From Eledone cirrhosa (Eukaryota): a DNA stretch of 64,000 nt. This document shows, piece by piece, positions 13,400 to 29,989 of this stretch. How positions within the stretch are numbered: position 1 is the first letter of the stretch; each line of letters starts with the position of its first letter. The notes beneath the pieces were generated by a model. That model was given only the letters and a program-made list of their open reading frames with translations. It was not told where the DNA came from and did not search any database. A program made the translations under genes and the position numbers. The stretch covers positions 88,102,001 to 88,166,000 of the forward strand of contig OZ024745.1 of the NCBI GenBank assembly GCA_964016885.1. The letters run 5' to 3'.

Positions 13400-13655
13400 C
13401 CATTGTCACTGCCTCCGTCTCTCTCGCTCTCCCCATCTCTCACTATAATAAGCAAATGGGGACCCACGCGCTGGCCACCCCGCGGCCCTAGCGGACAGTT
13501 TAGAGAAGGCATTTCCCCGGAGGATGGTAAGGGAGACGCGTTGGAAGAGCCATTCCAGCTCACGAGGCTCACACCTGCGGATAGTGGTGAGTAGGGACGT
13601 GGTCTTTGGGCCAAGGACACCAGAAGTTTCCATTGCTACGGGCTCGACCATAACC
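13400..13655 (-). pseudogene. 3' fragment of a CRE-like non-LTR retrotransposon (restriction-like endonuclease C-terminus)
   Basis: Translation EPVAMETSGVLGP...LFQRVSLTILRGNA matches the PxAxExxGxxG...QRxSxxxxRGNA motif of CRE-type endonucleases. Confidence 0.75.
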
Positions 13656-14138
13656 TAGAGCGACAGACTAAAACATGAGAAGCAGAAAATAGGAGTATTT
13701 GTGAAGACACTATAGAAGTAGTTGTGATGCACAATGTAATTAATAAAAAATGGTGAAATAAAAGAAAACTAGAACATTAATAAACAAAATGTAATAGGTT
13801 GTGAAGAAAAAAAAGAGATATCGATTTCTAGGACAATTTGCTTTTTGCTAAGATAAATTGGGAGAGAGAAAGCGAAAATACAAAAATAGTTAGTGGAAAA
13901 GTCTTATGTACATGCCATAAATTAAGCGTACGAATGAAAACAAGAAGTGGGGAAGGTTTATAGGCTCTGAAATATGTAAAGGTGATGTGCACTGAGTGAG
14001 TATACCCCATGAATGGAAAGAACTAGTATGCATAGCACCAGTAACATAAGATAAAATGGGGCTTAGTGAAATAATTAAACTATGTAAATATCATGAATTA
14101 TGATCAATCAGGTAGGAGTTAGCCTATACCATGATGTG

Positions 14139-14428
14139 AAGGCACGTGGCTTTGCGATTAGGGTATTCTGCTCACAATCGTAAGGTCGTGAGGTCGATTC
14201 CTGCCGGTGCGTTGCATCCTTGAACAAGACATTTTATTTCACGTTGTTCCAGTTCGAATGCCCATCCTTGTCACATTCTAAGTCACGCTGAATTACCCTG
14301 AGAACTACGTGAAGGGTACACGTGTCTGAGGAATGCTCAGCCATTTGCAGTTTAATTTTACGAGCTTATTGTTCCATTGATCGGATCAACTTGAACACTC
14401 GTCGCCATAACCGACGGAGTGTCAGTCT
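14139..14428 (+). mobile_element. tRNA-derived SINE family 2; further copies at 14766-15057 and a degenerate one at about 41750-41920
   Basis: A-box and B-box-like head (tggcttagtggttag...gagttcgattc in the 14766 copy) followed by the shared body cttgarcaagacattttatttca. Confidence 0.8.
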
Positions 14429-15904
14429 ACCATGCTGTACATAAGTGTGGAGTAAAGATTGAGAATAAGAATAAATTCGATACTATGTGTGTGTATGTAA
14501 GTATGGATTATGGACATTGCTGTTTGTGTATGAGATTGGTTGAATGTGAATAGCTGAGTAGAGCAGATATTAGTGAATCAATGTGATATGATCGAATGAG
14601 CGTCTGAGCATAAGTTTGTAAAATCTAGTTAGATAGCGGAGAAGAAATACTTTCTACGTTGTAAACAAAGCATTATATGTGCGTGTTGGTGTGAATATTT
14701 ATTAATGTGTGCGTGATATGGTGGGTTTGATGAGAATATAATCAATTATCATACAATAATGAATGAAGGCTTATGGCTTAGTGGTTAGAGCATCGGGCTT
14801 ATAATCGTGAGGTTGTGAGTTCGATTCTCGGACTGGGTGATGTGTTGTGTTCTTGAGCAAGACATTTTATTTCATGTTTCTCCAGTTCACTCAGCTGTAG
14901 AAATGTGTTGCAACGTCACTCGTGCCAAGCTGTATCGGCCACTGCCTTTCCCTTGGACAACATTGGTGGCGTGGAAAAGGGAGACTGGTATGCATGGGAG
15001 ACTGCTGGTCTTCCACAATCCCATGGTCATTCGTAACCGAAGGGGGTTTTACCCTTTAATGAATGATTGATACACACAATTATGAGGAATAAGTAATATA
15101 TTGTATAGATTTGTTCAGTTAATACTATCATACGTAATACAGAGAACACCCCCCCCCCCCCCAAAAAAAAAAAAAAACGCAACAACTAATTATTCAAAAT
15201 TACACATATAATGAGGAGAAAAATCATTTGATTTAATGAGTTATTCAGGTAATGAAATTTAAAAGTATCACTGAACTAGGAGACGAAAATAAAAAGGAGA
15301 GAAGAATTGGTTAATAAGATGTAAGAGTGAGAGATATAAAATAACAAAATTGAAAATCGCCCGGTCAGGCCCATGGGAGATGGTGTGCCAAGTGTGAAGG
15401 TTATTTTTTTATTCATTTATGTTTACGAAGATCTTAGTTCAGTCTCTGTTTTCTTAATTATCATCACACACGTACACGCACATACATACACATACACATA
15501 CACTTTCTCTTTCATACAGACATATATGTGTATAGAAGCAGATGTATGAATGTTCATACATCTGCTTATATAGTAAAATAGATTTATATCTAAGACGATC
15601 TTACATTGGTGTATATGTATCTTGTATAGAGAAAAATGTATTTGCACAACTGAATAGAGTTATATACATAGACGTAGACAATGATAGTCGTATATTTCAT
15701 GTAGTGTTCATAAATCAGAAGGGCATATGTATTTATGTACAGAATAGTTTTAAATATACATAACACATATGCATATATATGTACACAAAATTACACATCT
15801 ATACGTGTCTGAATAGAGCTTGATATTGAAAAAAAAATTACGACATAAATTTTTCCAGAATAAATAAGTATATTCATAAACTTCAATAATACAATATAAT
15901 ATAA

Positions 15905-15979
<75 letters not shown>

Positions 15980-15981
15980 GA

Positions 15982-16061
<80 letters not shown>

Positions 16062-16249
16062 ATGTGTGTGTATGTGTGTGTGTATTCATAATCTTGACAC
16101 ATAATAACATGATATATATGTACACGTGTATGTATGACTGTGTGTTACTGTCTGTGTACATGATATATTCATGAGACTAAACTCATATATATATTAATGC
16201 TACGCAGGTGTAATTTCTCCAACGTAACAATTAACAAATGACTCTATCA

Positions 16250-19044
16250 TATTGTTGACATTTCGTCTTTTAACTTAAATTTATTTAAATATCCTAATTT
16301 TCGAGATAATATCTCTTCTTCGGAGGGAAGTAAAGTGGTTAAACCAGCATTCTAAATAGCTTCCCATGTCATGCTGACAGAAAATGGTATAGAGAATCTT
16401 TTCTATCTCTAATGTCAAAGAGTGAAGGTTAGGTGGATATAGAGTAGTCTCCCTTTAACAGGGGTTTTGTAGATGTATGTTTAAGTGTGTTGGAGAATAC
16501 GTGAAGGTGTAAGTATGTGTGTGTGTGAGAGAGAATAAGTGGAGGTGTAAGCGTGTGTGTGTGTGTGCGTGTGTGAGTACGTGTGATGTAAGTAATTGGT
16601 TGGTGCTTTATCAAGTTATAAATTGGGTGTTGAGTTCTAGTCTATTATTGATTTGTGGTTGTTTTGTCTATAATCAATGCTTCCTTAATTCTAAGATTGC
16701 CGAGGTTTCTTTCCTTAGTTTGTATCCTAACTGTTATGTTTTTGTCGGTGTTTTTTCATTTAAGTAGGTGTTTCTTAAATGACGAAGCGTTAGTATTGAG
16801 GTGTTCTTTTATTCTTATGTGAAGTGGTCTGGTGGTGCTACCTACGTAGAAGTTGCTGCATTTGTCGCACTCTAATCTGTATACGACGTAAGCCTGGGGC
16901 ACAGGTCTGTGTCGTTGATGGGGCAGTTGGCTAGCCTGCAGCGGCTGTCATGTCTGGTAGAGTGTCTTTTGGTTTGCCGTCCGCGTAGAGAAGATCCTGA
17001 GTGGGCTAGTTGGATATCTAGTCCCTTTCATCTGATAGCTCTACGGGTAGCTGTTGTTGTTTCCTCACTGAAGTGTGGGAGCTTCAGGAATCAGGTGTTA
17101 GTGCATCGGGTGTGGTGTCCTCTGTTCTTTCTGGCACGGTTCGTGGTGGACGTCGGGTATCCGTTCAATTCAAGTACTTCCGGAAATGTGTGGTGTGTGT
17201 GTCTCGGTCTCTAGCGTCAGTGCATTTGTTCGGGATACGTGTTAGTTCGTTCCTTATGTATCCGAACTTAGCGCCGGCTGGGATGGCCGATCTGAAATGT
17301 ACAAACAGGTCCCTGCTGGCGGCTTTTTTATAGAAGCTGGTGTGCATGTTGCCTTCCTCTGTTACCCTGAGTTGGAAGTCCAGTAGGGATAGGGATCCGC
17401 GGTAATCAGGGTGTTCCATGCTGAACTTTATACTAGCGTCCATGCTGGAGAATGTCGTGTATATTTTATCCGCCTCCTCACTGGATGATGTAAGGATGAG
17501 TATGTCATCTACATATCGGGTGAAGAAGGTATGGGAATAGCAAGTGTTGAGGGCTCGGAATTCTAGCTGGTTCATATAGGTGATGGCCAGCAGGCCCGAT
17601 AGGCTGGATCCCATGTTGTCTATCTGTATGTGTGGTGGTGGAAGGTGAAGAACGTGTTGTCCACTGTGAAGGACAAAAGCTGCTGTATGTCCGTCGGATG
17701 GACGCCAGTATAAAGTTCAGCATAGAACACCCCGATGACCGCGGATCCCTATCCCTACTGGACTTCCAACTCAGGGTAACAGAGGAAGGTGACATCCACA
17801 CCTGCTTCTATAAAAAAGCCGCCAGCAGGGATCTGTTTGTACATTTCAGATCGGCCCTTCCAACCCGCGCTAAGTTCGGATAAGTAAGGAACGAACTAAC
17901 ATGTATCCTGAAAAAATTGCACCGACGCTAGAGACCGGGACACACACACCAAACATTTCCTGGAAGTACTCAAACTGAACGGATACCCGACGTCCACCAC
18001 AAACCGTGCCAGAAAGAACAGAGGACACCACACTCGAGGCATTAATACCTGCTTCCTGAAGCTCCCACATTTCAGTGAGGAAACAACAACAGCTATCCGC
18101 AGAGCTATCAGATGAGAGGGACTAGATATCCAACTAGCCCACTCAGGACCTTCTCTACGCTACGGCTAACTAAAATACACTCCACCAGACATGACAGCCG
18201 CTGCAGGCTAGCCAACTGCCCCATCAACGACACAGATTTATGCCACCAGGCTTACGTCGTATACAGACTAGAGTGTGACAAATGCAGCAATTACTACGTA
18301 GGTAGCACCACCAGACCACTTCACATAAGAATAAAAGAACACCTGAAACTAACGCTTCCTCATTTAAGAAACACCCAGTGGAATGCAAAAACACCGACAA
18401 AAACATAACAGTTAGGATAGAAACTAAGGAAAGAAACCTCGGCAATCTTAGAATTAAGGAAGCACTGATTATAGATAAAACACAACCACCAATGAATAAT
18501 AGACTAGAACGCAACACGCAATTTATAACTTGATAGAGCACCAACCCATACTTACAGCCAAACCCTCCCCCCCTCACACACACGCACACGCATTCACACA
18601 CGCACACATACACATACCCCCACCCACACACACGCACACAAACACGCTTACACCTCCACTTATTCCACTTATTCTCTCTCACACACACAAAGACCAGTTT
18701 TAACACGATAGAGCATCTATCCCCCACATTTACGTATAGACATATCTTCTCACACTCTCACACACACACACACACATACTTACACCTTCACGTATTCTTC
18801 CACACACTTAAACATACATGTACAAAACCCCATTTAAAGGGAGAGTACTCTTTATCCACCTAACATTCACTCTTTGGCATTAGAGATATAAAAGATTCTC
18901 TACACCATTTCCTGTTAGCATGACTTGGCAAGCTATTTAGAACGCTGGTTTAACCACTTTACTTCCCTCCGAAGAAGAGATATTATCTCGAAAATTATGG
19001 ATATTTAAATAAATTTAAGTTAAAAGAATAATTGTCAACAATAT
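16250..19044 (-). mobile_element. Penelope-like element (Penelope/Poseidon-like), 5'-truncated, with an inverted partial copy on + (17697-19044)
   Basis: Minus ORF 17165-17614 has MGSSLSGLLA...FTRYVDD...LLDF (PLE RT). The + arm 18112-18408 has VVYRLECDKC..YVGSTTRPLHIRIKEH (GIY-YIG). Arms 16250-17442 and 17697-19044 are reverse complements. Frameshifted. Confidence 0.92.
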
Positions 19045-19153
19045 CTTTTGCATTTGCATTTATATTCTATATCCATACCTGCATTGTTTTGGCTTTACAA
19101 ATACAAACGTTTATACCTCATTACACAATGCTTCAACTGACCTCTAACTTCCT

Positions 19154-19226
<73 letters not shown>

Positions 19227-19677
19227 AACACATATATATATATATACACATATATACCATACATATATACATACACCATACACATATATACATATTATAC
19301 AAACACATATATATATGTTTATATATATATATATACACATACATATATATATATATACATATACACACATATATATATATCTTATACACACATACACATA
19401 TATATTATACATATCTTGTCATACACACATATACACACATATATATATATCTCTCACACACACACATATATATATATTTTTTACATACATATATATATAT
19501 ATATATACATATATATATCATATACCTACATATACATATATCTCATACATATACATATATATATACACCACATATACACACATATATTTGTTATACATAC
19601 ATATATATATATATATCCTATACACACCCATATACATATTCTTTACACATATGCCATACATACATTTTATATACACA

Positions 19678-20390
19678 CTTCTTCTTGTTTGTCCATCGTA
19701 AAAGATGATGACAACTTCTTTATTGCTGTTCCCCTCTGCTGTGGGCATGAAGATGTCTGTGCAGGCCGATCCTTGACTTGCTGGTCCGGGGACAATGAGT
19801 GCAGGGGAAGAGACCGGAGTCAGACCGGCAACTCCCAGAGGTTACCACCACCTCTCGTCCATCGCCGCATGGCTTTGGGAGTGCACGCTAAAGAAGAAAC
19901 CTGTGCGGGAAAGGTTTATAGTGGGAGGGCCAGTGCACAGTGACGGTCCCACTCACTCGGCCGCAGAAGCCAGAATCCGGTGGTACGGAGGACCGTCGCG
20001 AACAGAGGCTTCCTTGGCTGCAGTCGATGGCCACGGCGTCTGTAGTGCCTTGCCATGCCCTAGCGCTCCACACCGCTTGCTGTCGCCGCCTTTGTGACCG
20101 TTGGGTCCATGTTGTCCTCCTCCATCACTCCGCCGGGTCCAGTCTTCGCATGCAGGGGCAGGCATCCCCTATCTAACTCACCAGGGGGTTTCAGACCCGT
20201 CCCGCTCCCCTCAACCTGGTTCGGCCCACCAGCCAAGGTGGTTTACGGGGCTGTGGCCACTGTCGCATACAACAGTTTCTTGGGGCCACAGGTGAGAGCT
20301 GAGTGTCAGGCGGGACCCAATGCAGGACGAGCTGTCCTAAAAAGGGCATGGCTAGCCCTCCCTACAAAGGTACATGCCCCTCTCTGACAC
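19678..20390 (-). mobile_element. Internally deleted RTE: 5'UTR fused to the C-terminal zinc finger and 3' tail
   Basis: GC-rich RTE-type 5'UTR (ggtcccgcctgacactcagctctcacctgtggc). 19720-19806 on the minus strand translates [22 protein letters not shown]. Ends in a short GAA tail. Confidence 0.75.
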
Positions 20391-20752
20391 CCCATACATA
20401 TACACATACATATGTACATGTGTATATACATATTTACACATATTTTGATGGCCGTTGACTGTTATATGTTTTTCCGCCCTTTGTCAGGTTTTGCTTTTTG
20501 TCATACAGGGTGTCCAATATCCCCCTCCTCACCAAGTAAACTTGGTGGGGTTGCCAGTTTAGACACTGATGATCCGACCACGCGACAAGTTGTACTGGTT
20601 TACATGTTACCAGTAACACTCAAGAGTGACCTGACACACTATATATATCCTATCCATACACCACACATATATCCCACACATATATCATATACATCCTATA
20701 TATACACTATACATATCCTACATACATATTATATATATATATCTCTCCCCCC

Positions 20753-20810
<58 letters not shown>

Positions 20811-20814
<4 letters not shown>

Positions 20815-21655
20815 TAACAGATTAAATTTTAAGCAAAGAATTGCTGCTTTCACCCTTATCGGGATCATTTGAAACTAAAAAAATCAATCTGTGAACGCAG
20901 AAGTAAATATTTCAAAAAACCTTGCCCCCGAAGGAAGACAGGAAGACGATACTTTGATTCGTGAAGACCTTCCCTGGCAAAGAACGGAAAAAAACGAAGA
21001 TAATACGTCATTATTTGAAACGTGAGAACAATTACACGCAAAGACAAATCCACATAAATGGTATAACTGAAGTCGTAGACTGTAATTCTATTTAGGAAAC
21101 CTAATGATTCTCGGCTTCGTAGTTAAGAATAAATCTTTCGCGTATGCTTGTGTATGTACGGATATGGATGCGTGCACGTATATATTTATTTCAATTACCC
21201 TTGTAATTTATTTACTTTATTCGGTTTCCTAAATAGAATTTTAGTCTACGACTTCAGTTATACCATATACGTGGATTTGTCTTTGCGTGTAATTGTTCTC
21301 ACCGCTCCACATAATGACGTATTATCTTCGTTTTTCCGTTCATTGCCAGAGAACGTCTCCACGAACCACCTAATAGAATATTAGTCTAAGAATTCTTTTA
21401 TACCATAAACGTGGTTTTGTCTTTGCGTGTAATTGTGTTCACCGCTCCAAATAATGAGGTATCATCTTCGTTTTGTTTCGTTCTTTGCCAGGAAACGTTT
21501 CCACAAACCAAAGTATCGTCTTCCTGTCTTCCTTCGGTTGAAACGTGTTTTGAAATATTTACGTCTGAGTTCACAGATTGATTTGTTTTAGTTTCAGAAG
21601 TTTTCGTTAAGGGTGAAGGCAGCGATTCTTTGCTTAAACTTTAATCTGTTATTTA
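20811..21655. repeat. Diverged inverted repeat (20811-21101 versus 21222-21655) with an about 145-bp tandem duplication in the right arm
   Basis: aaataacagattaaa pairs with tttaatctgttattt, and gaaggaagacaggaagacgatacttt pairs with aaagtatcgtcttcctgtcttccttc. 21222-21368 is repeated at about 21370-21510. Confidence 0.85.
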
Positions 21656-21747
21656 AATAAATATTTGCTCTACGGTTCTTATATATTTCATATATATTTA
21701 TCCTTATCGAGCCCTCCTTGGATTTTAGTCTTCAAATTTATTATTAT

Positions 21748-21788
<41 letters not shown>

Positions 21789-21988
21789 TTATGTAATAAA
21801 CAACATAATATAATTATTTCATTTACCAGTGGTTTCTTGAAAGCAGATATATCTGCTTTCAGTCGAGGGAATGAATAAAACATGGTGTTTTTATTAAATG
21901 CCGATTTGAAAATAAAATATAAGAAATATGAAAGTGAGGCTGAGGATACAACGGGCGAAGAAGAAAAGGAATATATATATATATAAAG

Positions 21989-22074
<86 letters not shown>

Positions 22075-22404
22075 ATCAAATAAATAAATAAACAAACATA
22101 CACACACTCATCCGCGCGCATATACTTAAGAAGTACGTAGACATGAGCTGTCACATAAGCGTATATATATCAACCGACATGTACAGAATACATTCACATA
22201 CATATACATGAAGTAATAAGAATAAATAAATAAATGAATAAGAACAAAAAATATAGTCAAAAATAAGTCAAAAATAAAATAAAATAAAATAGACAGAGGA
22301 TGCGGGTTGACAACGATAAGAGAGGGAGGGGGAAATAAAAAAAAACAATAAAAATAAACAAAAATTCGAAATGTTCAATTACATAAAAATACATATAAAT
22401 ATAA

Positions 22405-22437
<33 letters not shown>

Positions 22438-22439
<2 letters not shown>

Positions 22440-22710
22440 TGTATATACACTTAAATTTGTGTATGTGTTTTTATCCGTGTATATGAGTGTTTGTGCATGT
22501 GTTTTGTTGTTGCGTGTATGTTTTATGCGTTAATGTGTATGTATGTATGTATGTGTGTATGTATATACATATATATATATATACATGCATACACACATAC
22601 ATACATACATACACATTAACGCATAAAACATACACGCAACAACAAAACGCATGCACAAACACTCATATACACGGATAAAAACACATACACAAATTTAAGT
22701 GTATATACAT
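22438..22710. repeat. Near-perfect palindrome centred on a (TA)n tract
   Basis: acacttaaatttgtgtatgtgtttttatccgtg... is mirrored by ...cacggataaaaacacatacacaaatttaagtgt. A related single arm lies at 27856-27960. Confidence 0.9.
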
Positions 22711-22799
22711 GTACACACATATATATATATATATATATATGTACACACATATATATATATATATATATAAATGAGAGGTATAGAGATTGTTTTAGCAAT

Positions 22800-26110
<3,311 letters not shown>

Positions 26111-26129
26111 TATATATATGTATATATAA

Positions 26130-26695
26130 ATATCCACTTGCCCTGATGTATTGACTGGTTGTAAACAACGTATTGTGCGAATGCGCCGGCACACAGCCCT
26201 ATGTGAGAACAAAAAAAGTTAGTGGATAAGTAAGGATATGAGGGGAGTAATATTGAAATAATAAACACAATAATTAAGAATAGGTAAGGGAAAAATGTAT
26301 GCGATGAGATCTAGATAAGAGTATCTGGTTAAAGAGTGAACTAAGTAAAGGATAAAGGTGGTGGGTGTGTGTATGTGTAAAGGGTAAGTTAGAAAGTAGG
26401 GGAGAATATAAGTCAACTGAAAAAATTATTATAATATGAAAAAATAATAAATATAAGGAGATATAGAAGGAGATGAGGGAGAAAAGGTATATATGGGTAA
26501 GGAATGTGAGTTCAGAGAGTAATAATATTCGTAGTGAGTGGAAGAAGAAGGTCAATGTGGTTGAGTCATCGTAGGAATGTCAATCCAGTTAAAAAGTAGA
26601 TGCGATTTCAGATATGGACAATATCTGAGGATCTCGGTCTTGAACTTGAGGCAAGTGGAAGGGGCTTTCAAATTTTGGAGAATTCTAAATTTTTC
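26130..26695 (-). mobile_element. Probable 3' remnant of another Neptune-like PLE
   Basis: The minus strand near 26570-26690 translates ..CLKFKTEILRYCPYLKSHLLFN.., resembling the LNxxxExxxxCxH PLE C-terminus. A pyrimidine-rich UTR follows. Confidence 0.4.
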
Positions 26696-26704
26696 CGTTG
26701 TGTT

Positions 26705-26748
<44 letters not shown>

Positions 26749-26778
26749 CGTGTGCGTGTGTGTGTGTATGTATATATA

Positions 26779-27167
26779 TATATTAATAAAAGGAATTCCA
26801 ACTTTGTCTGATTTACTCGTTTTATTTACAATCCTTTAACATTTATAATGGTATTAGAATGAAATAGTATGGTAGAATATTAAATGTTAAGTGTTAATTG
26901 AACAAGTACTTTCATGCTTTCGCAATATTCAGGTTCATATTCTCTGGTTACAGTCAAGTTTGAAATTTTCAGTTGAAAATTGCAAACTTGACTATCACAA
27001 ACAGAATTTGAACCTGAAGATTGCGAAAGCATGAAAGTACTTGTTCAATTAACACTTAACATTTAATATTCTACCATACTATTTCATTCTAATACCATTA
27101 TAAATTTTAAAGGATTGTAAATAAAACGAGTAAATCAGACAAAGTTGGAATTCCTTTTATTAATATA
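26779..27167. repeat. Inverted repeat with about 190-bp arms
   Basis: tattaataaaaggaattccaactttgtctg... pairs with ...cagacaaagttggaattccttttattaata. Apex about 26970. Confidence 0.92.
27008..27048 (+). ncRNA. Minimal 41-nt type I hammerhead (palindromic stem III, dimer-type)
   Basis: ttgaac CTGAAGA t-tgc-gaaa-gca-t GAAA GTAC TT gttcaa. Confidence 0.88.
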
Positions 27168-27198
27168 ATCTTCAATACACAATCATACACACCCGTGT

Positions 27199-27299
<101 letters not shown>

Positions 27300-27743
27300 C
27301 TAACGCACACATATACCCTATATGTATATATATATATATTTATATATAAGTGTGTATGTGTTTGTATGTATTTTTACTTACGTGTGTGACTTTATTTATG
27401 TTTATATTATACCTATATATGGTTCTACGTATGTGTTTACGTTTTTAGTTGTGTGTATGCGGTTGTATATAGGCGTTTGTGTTTTTTGTCTGTATAGTCT
27501 TACGTATGCTTTTGTCTTCGTGTGTTCTTTACGTGCGAGTGCGCGCACGCATGTGATTACGTTTGTTCCTTCTTTTTGTAGGGTTTATGTGTGCGTTAGT
27601 ATATTTGGTTGTATGCTTATTTTCATACGTGTGTATGCGTGTGTATGTGTATGTGAATATGTATTTTTGCACGCTTGTGTATGTGTATGTAGATGTGTAT
27701 GTATGTTTATTTCATAATTTATATTTTTGTGTATATATGTATA

Positions 27744-27848
<105 letters not shown>

Positions 27849-28855
27849 ATTACATACACTTACATTTGTGTATGTGTTTTTATACGTGTATATGAGTATT
27901 TGTGCATGTTTTTTTGTTGTTGTGTGTATGTGTGCGTATTCATGTATGTGTGTATGCATGTGTATATATATATATATATGTATATATATGTATATTTTTT
28001 ATTTTGTGTATCTGTATTTTTATGTAATTGCACACTTCGTGTATTTGTTTACTTTTATTTTTATTTGTTTTCCCCCTCCCTCTCTTATCGTTGTCAACGC
28101 GCAACTTCTGTCTATTTTATTTTATTTTATTTTTGACCTTGAATATTTTTTGTTTTTATTCATTTATTTATTTATTCTTATTACTTCATGTATGTGTATG
28201 TGAATGTATTCTGTCCATGTCGGTTGATATATATACGTTTATGTGACAGCTCATGTCTACGTACTTCTTAAGTATATGCGCGCGGATGAGTGTGTGTATG
28301 TTTATTTATTTATTTTATATATATATATATATATATATAAACAAATAACGAAACGAAATTAAATTTCGTTTCGCTTCTAACTCACTTTTGTATGACTGAC
28401 GCTTAAACAATTAAGTTAAAGTGTACATCTACATATGTATACGGAAGTATTAGTATGCATATAAATACACACATGTATACATATGTACATGTACTCAGTT
28501 TTTCACTAGACACTTTACAGTGAGTGTCAGATATATATATATATATATATATCAAAATGAAAATCCGAAGGCAAGGTAAAAGTTCCAATCATTTTAATCA
28601 CGACACATGTTTCAATAAGAGATAGATCGATCCTGAAGCCATGATCAATTATCACTGATCTGATCAGGTGAAAATGAATTGTCTTCAAATTATTGATATG
28701 AGAGAGAAAATTAGCAATGTTCACTCACAGAGTTCAATCCCTCATATGAAAATCAAGCAGTCAAAATGCGGCGACTGCTATCAACTTCAGTTAAGATCAT
28801 AAAACAATCAAATTTCTATATCCCAATAGCTGCAAAAGACGCTGGACATCATTCA

Positions 28856-29075
28856 AATCTGTAGAAACACAGTCGGTCACACTTAATGTGAGTGGGTACA
28901 CACACACTTAACACCCCCACACACCGACTCGAAGTCAAAGAAAAAAAAAAAATAAATATATACACACATCAACACAGTATTAAATCTGTAGAACTATAGA
29001 CGGTCACAATTAGTGTGAGTGGGTACACACACACCGAAGCGATGTCAAAGAAAAAACAATAAAAATAAGTATATA
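28856..29075. repeat. Two diverged tandem units of about 125 bp
   Basis: aaatctgtagaa...cggtcaca...tgtgagtgggtacacacacac...gtcaaagaaaaaa occurs twice. Confidence 0.8.
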
Positions 29076-29547
29076 CCAACATAGCATTCACCGAAAAGTT
29101 AATTTACAAAACAACAAATGCTACATTGGTTAAATCTCAATTTTACGATGCAAATTGAAAATATTGGGTCAGCCACAGCGCCATACACTCACTCACACAC
29201 ACACACAAGCAAGTAAATTCAGTTCAGTGTTCTGCTATACGTGTATAGATTGAATTGTAACATCCGTATCTCCAAATAGCGTATGTTATGGTATATACAC
29301 ATCAGTATCGTTAAAAAAAAAGTGTATGTCTAGGTATATACACATCCATGTGAAGAGCAAGCAATCAGCTCATATCGAACTCAGTATGTACCGCTGTCCC
29401 ATTGAGAATCCGAGTCCCCAAATCTGTGCGTGCAAGCAACCGCTATGTAGGCCAGCAAGGGGATCCGTGTAGGGTTGGGTATTTGGGTTAAGGTGACAGT
29501 AAGTGCAATTTCTCGTCATATTGTCCCTTGGGCTTTTAAGATATGTG

Positions 29548-29614
<67 letters not shown>

Positions 29615-29710
29615 TTCATTTTCTCCTTCGCCCGTTGTTTCCTCAGCCTCACTTTCATATTTCTTATATTTTATTTTCAAATCCACATTTAATAAAAACA
29701 CCATGTTTTA

Positions 29711-29768
29711 TTCATTCTGACGACTGGAAGCAGATATATCTGCTTTCAAGAAATCACAGGTAACTGAA
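29711..29768 (+). ncRNA. Type I hammerhead motif; homologous copy with a dead core on the minus strand at about 21815-21875
   Basis: ttcatt CTGACGA (29717-29723) c-tggaagcagat-at-atctgctttca-a GAAA tcacag GTA actgaa. The 21.8-kb copy has a perfect stem I and stem III (GAAAccactgGTAaatgaa) but the core reads CCCTCGA. Confidence 0.78.
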
Positions 29769-29989
29769 ATAATTATCTTATGTTGTGTATTACATAACTA
29801 ATAAGCTCTGTAACCTACATAGAGCACTCTTTTTTCCTGTACCTTTCCGACGGATTACTTCATTTACACATATATATATATATATATAATTGTTTCTACG
29901 TTAGGCACAAGGCCAGCAAATACTCAGTGTATTACTGGTACTTTATCTTATAGACCGCCTAAGGATGAAAATAATCTCCCATAAACACA

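Noticed and set aside
26139-26191. tgcc-CTGATGT...GAAT-GCGC-C-ggca hammerhead-like motif
   Set aside because: Three core deviations and a poor stem II; at best a dead relic.
29465-29495. agggttgggtatttgggttaagg telomere-like or G-quadruplex-like run
   Set aside because: Too short and degenerate to support a call.
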